This document shows positions 44,032 to 53,060 of a stretch of DNA of 53,060 nucleotides, in pieces (position 1 is the stretch's first letter; each line of letters begins with the position of its first letter). The notes under the pieces are model-generated. The model had not been told where the DNA came from, made no database searches, and saw nothing but the letters and a program-made list of their open reading frames with translations. The stretch covers positions 1 through 53,060 of IMG/VR virus record IMGVR_UViG_3300010354_000122; one strand, given 5' to 3'. Source of the stretch: a virus (lineage: Duplodnaviria; Caudoviricetes). A program made the translations under genes and the position numbers.

Positions 44032-46080
44032 ATGAAGTTAACGGACCAACCAAAAGATCTTTTGAAGGCTGTTCAAGAAGTTATTAAAACCTCAACACCT
44101 GCAGCCAACGAAAAAGCTAAAGATGTTAGCGATAAGCTTTCTGCTCGCTATGAGTCGATGAGACCAAAACAGCTAAAAGAATATTTGCAGCCTGGTCCTA
44201 ATGGAAGACCTGTCCCGCCTCATGGAGAAAAGGCCGATAGAGAATTAAGAAAGCAACAGGCAGCAGATCTTGCTCAAGACCGTCGCGACGCAGCTGCCCT
44301 TAAGAGAGCAGAAGTAGATACCAACAGACCAATTGGTGCAATGACACCGAAAGAGGTAGAGCTTCGTAATAAAGCAAATGTCGAAATGAACAGGCCTATG
44401 GATGCTACGGGTCGTGCCAAGAAATTGAAAGAGGAACAAAAAGAAGGAGCCAAAAAACATCCTGCAGAAGGAACTTTCGGATTTCCTATTGATACTTCAA
44501 ATCAACCAAGAAGGCCAGTCAAACCAGCACAAAAACAAGAAGCACCCAAATCACCACAAAAGCAAGAAACGTCTGCTGAAATCATGAAAAGAATTCAAAA
44601 GCAAATTGATGATATGAATAAGCAGATGGATGCTACCGAGAAGAAGTTGCAGGCTACTGAAAGAGCTCAGGAAACAAAAAAGAAGCCTGTTGCAGTTGTT
44701 ACACCAACAGATATGCAAGGCAGACCTGTTAATAGACCTGAACCATCAACTAAGACCGAACCTCCTCCTGCATGGATGCAAAAACCAGCATATAAAAAAT
44801 CACTTCCACTTGGAACTGATGTTGACGCAGCTGAAAGAGAAGCGGAACGGACAAAGCCATCAAAGGTTGAGCCAGCTAAGATTGCAACAGTTAAGGCTGA
44901 ACCAATTGAAGTTCCTAAGACCGATATGTCAGAGCCTAAGTTAGCTGAGTTGCCAAAGATGGAACCAATTAAAGCAAAAGCTAAAGAAGATGAGGCTGAT
45001 CAAGACATGAAGCGTCCAATGGGTGCTGAAAAAGAAAAACCAAAAGCAGCAGAGGCCGAGCCAGCAAAGGTTGGTAAGGTTCAAGCCGAAAAACCAAAAA
45101 TGCGTTATTTCGATCCATACCAAGGAGCTGAAACAGAAGCAGGTCATGGTTTTCAAGGAAACGTACCCTACTACGACAAACCTTATGAGCCTGGAATGAA
45201 GCCAGCCGGTTATCAACAAGACGTTGCTCCTCGCTCACCAGTTCCTGAACCCGAAAAAGGTGAGGAAGAGGATGTTGTCACGAAGGGTGTAAAGAAGGTT
45301 GCTGGTAAGCTTGCTTCATTCTTTAAAAAGAAAGAAGAACCAGACCAAGATATGAAGCGTCCAATGGGTACTCAAAAAGAACACGTTGAGATTGAAGAAG
45401 CAGAGCTTCGTCCAGATATTGAGAAGAAGTTTGCAGAAAATCCAAAAGGTGTTGAAGTTCATATGAAGCATAAAAAGACTGGAAAAATAGAAGTTACAAA
45501 ATTCCCAGGCACCTTCACTGCTGTCAAGGCTGCGAAGCGTCACATTGCAGATATGGAAAAGCAAGGATATAAACTTCACGCTAAAAAATTAATGGAAGAT
45601 GACAACCAAGAACAAGAGGAAATAAGTATGGATAAGAAACAGCTCGTTGTTGAAAAGATGATGAAAAAGCTTAGAGGTAAGCTCGATCCTGTTGGTAAAG
45701 AAGATGCCGACATTGATAATGATGGTGATTCAGACAAGTCTGATTCTTATTTGAAGAATCGCCGTGAAAAGATTGCAGCTGCCATGAAAGAAGAGCTTGT
45801 TGGCAAGCAACATAAGATAGATGCAAACAAAAACAACAAGATTGATGCTGAGGACTTTGAATTACTTCGTAAGCGTCGTAAGCTTGCTAAGGAAGAAGTC
45901 GAACAAGTTGATGAGGCCTCATATTCAGCAAAGCAAGCACGTGCTGGTAAGGATATTGGCAAGCCAGGCAAGATGTTTGGTAAAATTGCTGCTTCAGCTG
46001 CAAAGCGTTATGGTTCAGAAGAAGCTGGCAAGCGTGTTGCTGGTGCAATTCTCAAGAAACTACGTGGAAAGGGAAAATAA
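44032..46080 (+). CDS. Large low-complexity K/E/P-rich probable internal head protein
   Basis: Charged, apparently disordered sequence, E-delimited modules, DxDxDG loops; AGGAG RBS. Confidence 0.65.
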   Translation: MKLTDQPKDLLKAVQEVIKTSTPAANEKAKDVSDKLSARYESMRPKQLKEYLQPGPNGRPVPPHGEKADRELRKQQAADLAQDRRDAAALKRAEVDTNRPIGAMTPKEVELRNKANVEMNRPMDATGRAKKLKEEQKEGAKKHPAEGTFGFPIDTSNQPRRPVKPAQKQEAPKSPQKQETSAEIMKRIQKQIDDMNKQMDATEKKLQATERAQETKKKPVAVVTPTDMQGRPVNRPEPSTKTEPPPAWMQKPAYKKSLPLGTDVDAAEREAERTKPSKVEPAKIATVKAEPIEVPKTDMSEPKLAELPKMEPIKAKAKEDEADQDMKRPMGAEKEKPKAAEAEPAKVGKVQAEKPKMRYFDPYQGAETEAGHGFQGNVPYYDKPYEPGMKPAGYQQDVAPRSPVPEPEKGEEEDVVTKGVKKVAGKLASFFKKKEEPDQDMKRPMGTQKEHVEIEEAELRPDIEKKFAENPKGVEVHMKHKKTGKIEVTKFPGTFTAVKAAKRHIADMEKQGYKLHAKKLMEDDNQEQEEISMDKKQLVVEKMMKKLRGKLDPVGKEDADIDNDGDSDKSDSYLKNRREKIAAAMKEELVGKQHKIDANKNNKIDAEDFELLRKRRKLAKEEVEQVDEASYSAKQARAGKDIGKPGKMFGKIAASAAKRYGSEEAGKRVAGAILKKLRGKGK

Positions 46081-47045
46081 TGGCTAGATCAGCTACATAC
46101 CAGCTAATTAGACGTGTCCTTGATGAAAAAGTTCAAGGCATGAAAGGTCGTTCGAGTCCAGAGAAAGAAGACGAAACTGACGAAGAAGAACTTAAAAAAC
46201 TTCTTGCTACCAAACAAAAAAACAAATCAGCCAAAAAAGATGAGGCTGAACCAGACGCAGACATGAAGCAACCAATGGGAGCTGAGGACGAGAAAAAGTC
46301 TTTGAAAGCTAAACCAGTCAAGTCTGAAGAAGATGAGGAGGAAAAAGAGGGAGAGGAAGAAAAGGAAGAGAAGGCTGAAAAAGTCGAGCCTCCTAAAAAA
46401 GATAAGGAAACAACTTCCATGAAGGATAAGGAAGAAAAGCCAAAACAAGCTAAATCTTCTGAAGATGAAGATGAGGAAGATGAGGTTTATGCTGGTCCCA
46501 AGGGCGCGCGCGCAGGTAAAGTGTATGCAGGCCCAGATGGAGCACGTGCTGGTGATGTATATGCAGGTCCAGACGGAGCTCGAGCAGGCAACGTATACGC
46601 AGGTCCAGAAGGAGCTGGCGTACGCAAGAGTTCTACAAAAAAAGTACAAGAACAAAGATCTTCATTGTATAGCGTAGTAATGCGCGTTATTGAAGAAGGT
46701 CGTGGACGTCCTCGTAAGAACCCAAACGATCCGAAGTGGCAGAAAAAGACAGCCAACAGCGACGATAGCGAGGAAATGGAAGGTCTTCAGCCTGATTCTG
46801 GAAGGGAAGCTGATCAGCACATCCATGTTCGTCTCAAAGCAGTGACAGATAGCTCTGAAAAAGGAGGAGCTGACGTTACGTTTGATAACGGGAAAAAACA
46901 TTTTGTAAAGCAAAATGTTGCAAAAACAGTGCTTTCCGCTTTGGATAAGATGAAACCAGAGGCTCGTAAGCAAATACATGATCATATTGCACAGTCGCAT
47001 GAGAATTTAATGCAAGTGCACTCAATGCTTACTGGTAAAAAATAA
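46080..47045 (+). CDS. Charged hypothetical protein with a tandem repeat and an AT-hook
   Basis: Acidic tracts, about four VYAGPxGARAGx units and GRGRPRK. Confidence 0.65.
   Translation: MARSATYQLIRRVLDEKVQGMKGRSSPEKEDETDEEELKKLLATKQKNKSAKKDEAEPDADMKQPMGAEDEKKSLKAKPVKSEEDEEEKEGEEEKEEKAEKVEPPKKDKETTSMKDKEEKPKQAKSSEDEDEEDEVYAGPKGARAGKVYAGPDGARAGDVYAGPDGARAGNVYAGPEGAGVRKSSTKKVQEQRSSLYSVVMRVIEEGRGRPRKNPNDPKWQKKTANSDDSEEMEGLQPDSGREADQHIHVRLKAVTDSSEKGGADVTFDNGKKHFVKQNVAKTVLSALDKMKPEARKQIHDHIAQSHENLMQVHSMLTGKK
46485..46619 (+). repeat. 36-nt coding tandem repeat, about 3.75 copies
   Basis: Units start at 46485, 46521, 46557 and 46593 and encode VYAGP[KDE]GARAG[KDN]. Confidence 0.9.
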
Positions 47046-47051
47046 TAAATA
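47044..47051 (+). promoter_or_regulatory. Late promoter AATAAATA
   Basis: NATAAATA upstream of the structural gene at 47084. Confidence 0.65.
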
Positions 47052-47083
47052 CAAGTAATTAGAACGCTTTTTAGGAGAAAAAA

Positions 47084-47923
47084 ATGGCACAATGGGGAAC
47101 TACAGACGACGCAGCAAACTCAGTTATCTGGGCTGTTGCAGGTTACGGAAAAAGAGCAAATTCTGCAAACCGTGACGAATTTTTCGGCAACACAACTGCT
47201 GACGGTTATGTCACTGGCCTGACCGTTGGTCAGTTTGGTGTTGATAAAGACGAAATTGCAGTTGCACGTACAGGTAACGTTGCATCAGTTACTATTACAT
47301 CGGCTGGTTCAGGCTATTCCGCCAACGCCACAGTAACAATTGGTGGTGTAGTAACTGGTGGTGGTACAGGTGCTACGGCTAACGCCCAAGCAAATGCTAC
47401 AGGCCGTATTTCTGTTGTTAATATCACAGCCGAAGGTTCAAGTTTTGAATCAGCTCCAGACGTTGTGATTGCAGCTCCAACAGCAAAGACATTCAATGCT
47501 AACACAGCTGTTGATGGAACAGAAGACTTTATCACACTTGCAAGTAATGTGTTCCAAAATGGTGACTATGTTAAGTATCTTGTTGCAGCTGGCAATACAG
47601 CACTTACAAACCTTGCTAACAACACTTCATATTATGTCGTTGGTGCTAACTCAACAGGTGTTAAGCTTGCAAACACAGCTGGTGGTACAGCAATTGACCT
47701 TACAAAAGGTGCTTCTGAAACAGGTCACTCGTTAACAGGCGAGACAGCCACCGGTGTTGCAATCCTCCGTCAGGAATCTGGCGATCTTGGATACGCCCAC
47801 GTTGGTTGGAACGTTCGTAAGGTTCTTTCGAACGGTCGTGTTCAAACAGAAACTCTTGTTGCCTTGTCGAAAAACGGCATGACGACAGATGCATCTGATG
47901 ACACACAGTTGCCTGACGCCTAA
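47084..47923 (+). CDS. Virion structural protein (fibre/decoration-like)
   Basis: Ala/Thr/Gly-rich, V..IT.AGSGY motifs, GW......GRV..ETLVA; AGGAG RBS. Confidence 0.65.
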   Translation: MAQWGTTDDAANSVIWAVAGYGKRANSANRDEFFGNTTADGYVTGLTVGQFGVDKDEIAVARTGNVASVTITSAGSGYSANATVTIGGVVTGGGTGATANAQANATGRISVVNITAEGSSFESAPDVVIAAPTAKTFNANTAVDGTEDFITLASNVFQNGDYVKYLVAAGNTALTNLANNTSYYVVGANSTGVKLANTAGGTAIDLTKGASETGHSLTGETATGVAILRQESGDLGYAHVGWNVRKVLSNGRVQTETLVALSKNGMTTDASDDTQLPDA

Positions 47924-49017
47924 TGACTGATAAAGCAAAAAAGATATCTGAGTTAACGGCCGCTACTTCGGTAGCGGCCAATGACCTTTTTGTCATTGTT
48001 GGCAACACATCAGGAACCTCGACAACAAAGAAGATTACAATGTCGAACTTGTTTGCTAACGTTGATTCAAACACAACGTTCAAGCAAGTAGTTAATGTTG
48101 GTGCAAACGTTTCTGTAAACACAACAGCACTCAAAATTGGTAATAGCACTGTCTATGCAACGGTAAATTCAACTGTTATCAGTCTTAGCAATAGTGTAGT
48201 AACAAATGCAACAACCATAATGGTTGGCACAGATCTTTCTGTTAATACAACAGCAATCAAGATCGGTAACAGCACGGTCAACACAGTTGTTAACTCTTCT
48301 GTGTTCTATGTTGGAGCCAACGTTGTTATTAAGGCTAATACGTATGCATGGACATTCCACGACTCAGATGGGTTGTTATATTTGCCAAACGGTTTTGGTA
48401 ACACTTCTGGTTTTATATTTCCCGATAACCCAGCTGGTGGTAGCGGGGACGAAGCCCATATCATATATGAGCCATTAAGTGGTGAAAATATGGTTTTGGA
48501 ACTGCGTGTCCATAACGACAACGACGATTTAATTAGTCTTGATTCGTCGGGGACTGTAAAAATTATTACCAATGGTGCTACAGCTCCTAATACGTGGATC
48601 TTCCAAGCTAACGGTCAACTAACAGCTCCAGGAACAATTTCTTCAAATTTCCTTTCAGTAGGTAAAGTGGAAGAAACGTTCAGCTCAATAACAGGAGCCA
48701 ACGGTGCTGTTACACATGATTGTACAAGCAATCATATTTTTAATCACTCGTCTGTAGCAAACAACTTCACGGCAAACTTTACCAATCTCAATCTTGCTAA
48801 TAACAAAGCAACAGCTCTCACTCTTGTAATTAATCAAGGGGCAACAGCTTATGTTGCTAACGCTGTCCAGGTAGGAGGAGCTAGCCAAACTGTAAATTGG
48901 CAAGGAAACACTTCCCCGCCAACTGGTAATGCCAATAAGAAGGATATTATGACGTTTAGTATTCTTAATTCTTCTGGCGCATATACGGTGTTTGGTCAAC
49001 TCACATCTTTCGGATAA
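47923..49017 (+). CDS. Virion fibre-like protein
   Basis: KKISELTAAT N-terminus; internal SVNTTA.KIGNSTV duplication; Asn/Thr-rich. Confidence 0.6.
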   Translation: MTDKAKKISELTAATSVAANDLFVIVGNTSGTSTTKKITMSNLFANVDSNTTFKQVVNVGANVSVNTTALKIGNSTVYATVNSTVISLSNSVVTNATTIMVGTDLSVNTTAIKIGNSTVNTVVNSSVFYVGANVVIKANTYAWTFHDSDGLLYLPNGFGNTSGFIFPDNPAGGSGDEAHIIYEPLSGENMVLELRVHNDNDDLISLDSSGTVKIITNGATAPNTWIFQANGQLTAPGTISSNFLSVGKVEETFSSITGANGAVTHDCTSNHIFNHSSVANNFTANFTNLNLANNKATALTLVINQGATAYVANAVQVGGASQTVNWQGNTSPPTGNANKKDIMTFSILNSSGAYTVFGQLTSFG

Positions 49018-49019
49018 TT

Positions 49020-49703
49020 ATGTTTGGCTCGTTTAGTGGCTCTTTTAGCTTCGGCCGCAAAAGAAAAATTATTACTGGTGGCATCAGCGATCCGAACCTC
49101 TCACTCGGAACACAAGTAGAGTGGACTAATAGCACCATATGGTATACAGCTGGTGCATCCAATCCTGGAGGTGGTTTTGCTTCAGCTGTTAGGCCTCTTA
49201 TCCAAGTAATGTATGCCCACAAGGCAATAAAAATTAGTGTTGGAGCCACAACAAGTCTTGGTATTAAGACAACACAGACTGGTGGTCAGTGGCGTTGGCA
49301 GTTCTCTGTAAGTTCTGCAGAAAATACAATTGGTAGTTTTTCAGCACCATTTTTTGGATCTCAATTAATTGGACAAAATAGTGTTGTAGGAGGTCAAACT
49401 TATACAGGTGTGACAGACACACTATTTGAAATACCGGCAAACAGATACTTTTTAATTATACGTAGCCCCGGGCCCCTTTACACAGCGTCAACCGCTTCTC
49501 CAGGCAACGGCGGCACTAATAGAACAGCCGTAATAAGCGGTGATCCAATATTCACAACTCTCAGCTCCCACATACAAGGATATTCAACGGGTGTCACTAA
49601 CCAAGTAACCAATTTGCCTACACAATTGGGTGGTAGTGATTCAGGATACATTGAAGTTGCCAATTATAACCCAGCTTTTGGTTTAACATTTACATTAGCA
49701 TAG
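49020..49703 (+). CDS. Hypothetical protein, probably structural
   Basis: Gly/Ser/Thr-rich; follows the fibre-like gene. Confidence 0.5.
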   Translation: MFGSFSGSFSFGRKRKIITGGISDPNLSLGTQVEWTNSTIWYTAGASNPGGGFASAVRPLIQVMYAHKAIKISVGATTSLGIKTTQTGGQWRWQFSVSSAENTIGSFSAPFFGSQLIGQNSVVGGQTYTGVTDTLFEIPANRYFLIIRSPGPLYTASTASPGNGGTNRTAVISGDPIFTTLSSHIQGYSTGVTNQVTNLPTQLGGSDSGYIEVANYNPAFGLTFTLA

Positions 49704-49709
49704 TTTATA

Positions 49710-49717
49710 CATAAATA
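49710..49717 (+). promoter_or_regulatory. Late promoter CATAAATA
   Basis: NATAAATA 6 nt before ATG 49724. Confidence 0.6.
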
Positions 49718-49723
49718 GGCATT

Positions 49724-50116
49724 ATGATAGAAAAACTTGACGAATCAAATGCATTATTATATGCAGCAAAACATTATGATAACCCGCAATGTTTTGATAC
49801 TCTTGAGTTCTACGAAGATCTTAGTAGGTTTAAGTATCTGAAAAGATTGTTTAAACGCTATGAAGAGACTGGTGAGTTAAAAGAAAGACTAATTATAAAC
49901 CACCTGGTTGTAATTTATAATGTATTTGGTGTTGAGCCTGCTACAAGGCTATTATTTCTAAAAATGGACGGATTTTATCATTATCTCAAACCGTTTTTAG
50001 AAATGATGGGAACATTGCCGCTGATCGTAAAAAATATTGGCGTAACAAATAAAGACGTTATTTGTAGTAACATTGTTTCTGATCCTGACATAGAAAAGAT
50101 TGTTAAACAAATATGA
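49724..50116 (+). CDS. Conserved T4-like hypothetical protein
   Basis: YA.KHYDNPQC...EF.EDL.RFKY.KRL...GELKERLI.NH...YNVFG. Confidence 0.75.
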   Translation: MIEKLDESNALLYAAKHYDNPQCFDTLEFYEDLSRFKYLKRLFKRYEETGELKERLIINHLVVIYNVFGVEPATRLLFLKMDGFYHYLKPFLEMMGTLPLIVKNIGVTNKDVICSNIVSDPDIEKIVKQI

Positions 50117-50373
50117 AATCATTCAAGCAATTTGTTAACGAAGAAGATGGTGGAATTCCAACAAACAACGCAAGCGGTGGCAACATTGCTGGCATTGGTG
50201 TTGGACCACAAGGTGAACCTCCAGGAATTCCTTTTGGTGGGGGACGTGCTTATGTAAGTTCAAAAGGAACAATGAAGACACAGCAAAAGCGTGGATATCG
50301 TAGGAAGCGCAAAAAAGAACAGCAAGACGTTGTTCCATTGTTACCAGCCTCTTCAATAATATTAGCAAGATGA
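50113..50373 (+). CDS. Small probable head protein
   Basis: MKSFKQFVNE leader followed by PTNNA.GGNIAG. Confidence 0.6.
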   Translation: MKSFKQFVNEEDGGIPTNNASGGNIAGIGVGPQGEPPGIPFGGGRAYVSSKGTMKTQQKRGYRRKRKKEQQDVVPLLPASSIILAR

Positions 50374-50648
50374 ACGACACGAAATTTCATAGATATTGGC
50401 GACCTGCAATGGGTTGGAGTTATCTAATTGTTTGTCTATGGGATTTCCTATTAGCTCCTTTATTTTTTACATGGTGGGCAGCCAAAACAAAAACCTCCTT
50501 TGAGATGTGGAAACCTCTGACACTTGCAGAGGGAGGATTGTATCATCTAGCAATGGGTGCAATTGTTGGTGTGACTGCTTGGTCACGAGGTCAAGAAAAA
50601 ATTTCTTTTTCCAACAAGACGACCGCCTCTGAAGAACACCTAGACTAA
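50370..50648 (+). CDS. Holin-like membrane protein (GTA/3TM holin family-like)
   Basis: WRPAMGW.Y motif, hydrophobic segments and W.R..EK. Confidence 0.7.
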   Translation: MNDTKFHRYWRPAMGWSYLIVCLWDFLLAPLFFTWWAAKTKTSFEMWKPLTLAEGGLYHLAMGAIVGVTAWSRGQEKISFSNKTTASEEHLD

Positions 50649-50651
50649 CCC

Positions 50652-50680
50652 TTGATTTAATTAAACTAGTGTAGTATGAT
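50652..50680 (+). promoter_or_regulatory. sigma70-type promoter for primase/nrdA
   Basis: TTGATT (50652-50657), 17 nt, TATGAT (50675-50680). Confidence 0.7.
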
Positions 50681-50708
50681 TGCCCCTGTCTAGGGTCAGG
50701 AATTTATT

Positions 50709-51731
50709 ATGCATTGGATTGATCAAAAATATGTTTTGTTGTTGAGCAACCGTCTACCTCTCTTTAAGAAGGTCGGTAACACTTCTTACAATTGTCGTTG
50801 TATTCTCTGTGGTGACTCAAAAAAGAATAAAACAAGAGCTCGTGGTTACTTACTTGGTGACTCAAAAGGGACAAGATACTTTTGTCATAATTGTGGTGCC
50901 TCCCTTTCATTGAAAAAGTTTCTTGGCCAGGTTGATCCTCTTTTGGAACAACAATATAGTCAGGAAAGATTTTTTGAGAAACGAAATGAAAAGATAAATC
51001 ATACTCCCCTTCCACCTCCAGATGTGACAGTCATTGAAAAGCCTGACTATTTGAAAGCATTTGGAAGCCTTAAAAAAATATCTCAGCTCCCTCCAACTCA
51101 CAAAGCAAAACGTTATGTTGAACAAAGATTGATACCGTCAAAGTTTCACTATAAAATATTTTTTGCACAAAATTTTGCTAAGTTTGTTAATGAAATCATA
51201 CCAAATAAATTAAACGAGAAGAATCAAGAAGAAAGAATAATCCTGCCATTTCTCACTCGAGAAAAAAAGTTAATCGGCTTTACTGGACGGTCGTTAGACA
51301 ACAACAGTTTGAGATACATAACAATCATGATCGATACTGAAAGCCCAAAACTTTTTGGTATTGATACTGTAGACTTTCAAAAGAAGATCTACATTACAGA
51401 AGGTCCAATAGACTCTTTCTTTATTGAAAACGGCATCGCAATGGGTGGTTCTGATATGTCCAAATCATTCAAGGCGTTAGATGTAGAACCTAGAAAATGT
51501 GTTATGATCTTCGATAATGAGCCGCGAAACAAAGAAATAGTTTCAAAGATTAGCAAGGCTATTGATCAGGGATTCAATGTTTTTATTTGGCCAGAAAAAA
51601 TTAAATGCAAGGATCTAAATGAATTAGCATTAGATGGATACATAGTGCCCCAAATTAAAAAATTAGTAGATGATCATACATCTTGTGGAATTGAAGCAAA
51701 ACTAAAACTACAAAGCTGGAAGCGGATATAA
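50709..51731 (+). CDS. gp61: DNA primase
   Basis: C..CGDS...CHNCG zinc finger; TOPRIM EGPIDS, DNEPRN and KDLNE. Confidence 0.95.
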   Translation: MHWIDQKYVLLLSNRLPLFKKVGNTSYNCRCILCGDSKKNKTRARGYLLGDSKGTRYFCHNCGASLSLKKFLGQVDPLLEQQYSQERFFEKRNEKINHTPLPPPDVTVIEKPDYLKAFGSLKKISQLPPTHKAKRYVEQRLIPSKFHYKIFFAQNFAKFVNEIIPNKLNEKNQEERIILPFLTREKKLIGFTGRSLDNNSLRYITIMIDTESPKLFGIDTVDFQKKIYITEGPIDSFFIENGIAMGGSDMSKSFKALDVEPRKCVMIFDNEPRNKEIVSKISKAIDQGFNVFIWPEKIKCKDLNELALDGYIVPQIKKLVDDHTSCGIEAKLKLQSWKRI

Positions 51732-51743
51732 TAAGGAATCACA

Positions 51744-53060
51744 ATGAAAAATACTGTCCATGGTATTGAAGTAGACTATTCTCGTGACAAACTGTTTGAT
51801 GAGCTTGGAATAAAACGGTTGCGAGAATCGTACATGAGGCCAGAGGAACAGTCACCACAAGAACGATTTGCATTTGTGTCTAATGCATTTGGTTCAAATA
51901 AGGAACACAAGCAACGTCTTTATGAATATGCTTCTAAACATTGGTTGAGTTATGCTACTCCTATTCTTTCTTTTGGTCGCAGTGAACGTGGTCTACCTAT
52001 ATCCTGTTTCCTTCCTTATCTTCCTGACAGTTCTTCTGGTCTTGTTGATACGCTTTCGGAAGTAAACTGGCTATCAATGTTGGGTGGTGGAGTTGGTATT
52101 GGTTTTGGTATTCGCTCTGCTGATGATAAATCAACCGGAATCATGCCTCACCTAAAAACTTATGATGCGTCTTCACTCGCTTATAGACAAGGTAGCACCC
52201 GTCGCGGCTCTTACGCTGCTTACCTTGACATTAGTCATCCAGACATTGAGCTATTTCTGGAGATGAGAAAGCCTACAGGCGATCCAAACTTTAGAGCTCT
52301 TAACCTCCACCACGGAATTAATATTCCTGATTCGTTCATGCAAATTCTTGAACGATGCATGTTGGATAAAGATGCTGACGATGGTTGGCAACTAATTGAC
52401 CCACACAACGGTGAGGTCAAGGATACAGTATCAGCAAGAGCATTGTGGCAAAAGATTCTCGAATTGAGAATGCAAACTGGTGAACCATATCTTCATTATA
52501 TTGATACATCTAACAGAAAGATGCCTGAGTTTCAAAAGAAGCTTGGACTATCGATTAAGCAGTCTAATCTTTGTTCTGAAATTATTTTACCTACAGACAA
52601 GAAGCGTACGGCTGTTTGCTGTCTCTCTTCTGTAAACTTGGAGTACTACGATGAGTGGAAGAAAGATCCTTTATTTCTTCGTGATATTGCAGAAATGCTT
52701 GATAATGTACTCCAGTATTTTATTGATCATGCACCCTCACCTATTCATAGAGCAAAGTACTCTGCTCAGCGTGAGCGCTCTATTGGTGTTGGTGCCCTTG
52801 GTTTTCATGCTTTTTTACAACGACACAACGTGCCTTGGGAAAGTGCCCAAGCGACAGGACTAAATGCTAAAATATTTAAACACATTAGGGGAAAACTGGA
52901 TGAAGCTAATCATGAACTTGGCCGACTACGTGGAGAGGCGCCTGATGCACAAGGTACCGGTCTACGCTTTAGCCACCTTATGGCTATTGCTCCTAACGCT
53001 TCTAGTTCTATTATCATGGGGAATACTAGTCCTTCTGTCGAACCATATCGGGCTAACGCA
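51744..53060 (+). CDS. nrdA: Class I ribonucleotide reductase alpha subunit, 5' part (runs off window; not in ORF track)
   Basis: AAGGA RBS; translation gives ATPILS, LPISCF, GGGVG, RRGSYAAYL, TGEPY, SNLCSEI and AIAPNASSS. Confidence 0.95.
   Translation, partial: MKNTVHGIEVDYSRDKLFDELGIKRLRESYMRPEEQSPQERFAFVSNAFGSNKEHKQRLYEYASKHWLSYATPILSFGRSERGLPISCFLPYLPDSSSGLVDTLSEVNWLSMLGGGVGIGFGIRSADDKSTGIMPHLKTYDASSLAYRQGSTRRGSYAAYLDISHPDIELFLEMRKPTGDPNFRALNLHHGINIPDSFMQILERCMLDKDADDGWQLIDPHNGEVKDTVSARALWQKILELRMQTGEPYLHYIDTSNRKMPEFQKKLGLSIKQSNLCSEIILPTDKKRTAVCCLSSVNLEYYDEWKKDPLFLRDIAEMLDNVLQYFIDHAPSPIHRAKYSAQRERSIGVGALGFHAFLQRHNVPWESAQATGLNAKIFKHIRGKLDEANHELGRLRGEAPDAQGTGLRFSHLMAIAPNASSSIIMGNTSPSVEPYRANA

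Overview
This is a 53 kb, essentially all plus-strand segment of a large, AT-rich T4-like (myovirus) phage genome. It runs from the 3' end of the major capsid gene (gp23) through gp3-uvsY-uvsW-gp55-gp47-gp46. An inserted block follows with peptide deformylase and a 7-deazaguanine cluster: queE, a purine phosphoribosyltransferase, folE, a PD-(D/E)XK-like nuclease, a DpdL-like T-fold protein, a TGT/DpdA-like TIM barrel, a dNMP kinase and a dCTP deaminase/dUTPase. Next come gp45-44-62-regA, dCMP deaminase, hsp20, a GH19 endolysin, gp43, uvsX and gp41. A roughly 10 kb accessory region holds 12 tRNA genes (one structurally very atypical, anticodon UAU) interleaved with queD, rubrerythrin, 2OG-Fe(II) oxygenases, an outer-membrane barrel, speD, GT17 and an HNH nuclease. 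A late block encodes probable internal-head proteins (His-rich, with E-delimited domains, a split ligase-like gene and an HxGH nucleotidyltransferase), spanins, Dps, fibre-like proteins and a holin. The window ends with primase gp61 and the 5' part of nrdA. The most promising signals are: (1) a queC-less deazaguanine pathway with a DpdL-like protein and coupled salvage enzymes; (2) the non-canonical tRNA(UAU) with its own promoter; (3) polyprotein-like, His-rich head cargo including a ligase-fold gene split between its catalytic motifs; (4) several RNA regulatory hairpins. A Gram-negative, possibly betaproteobacterial, host is inferred. All family assignments come from motif recognition by eye; no searches were run.
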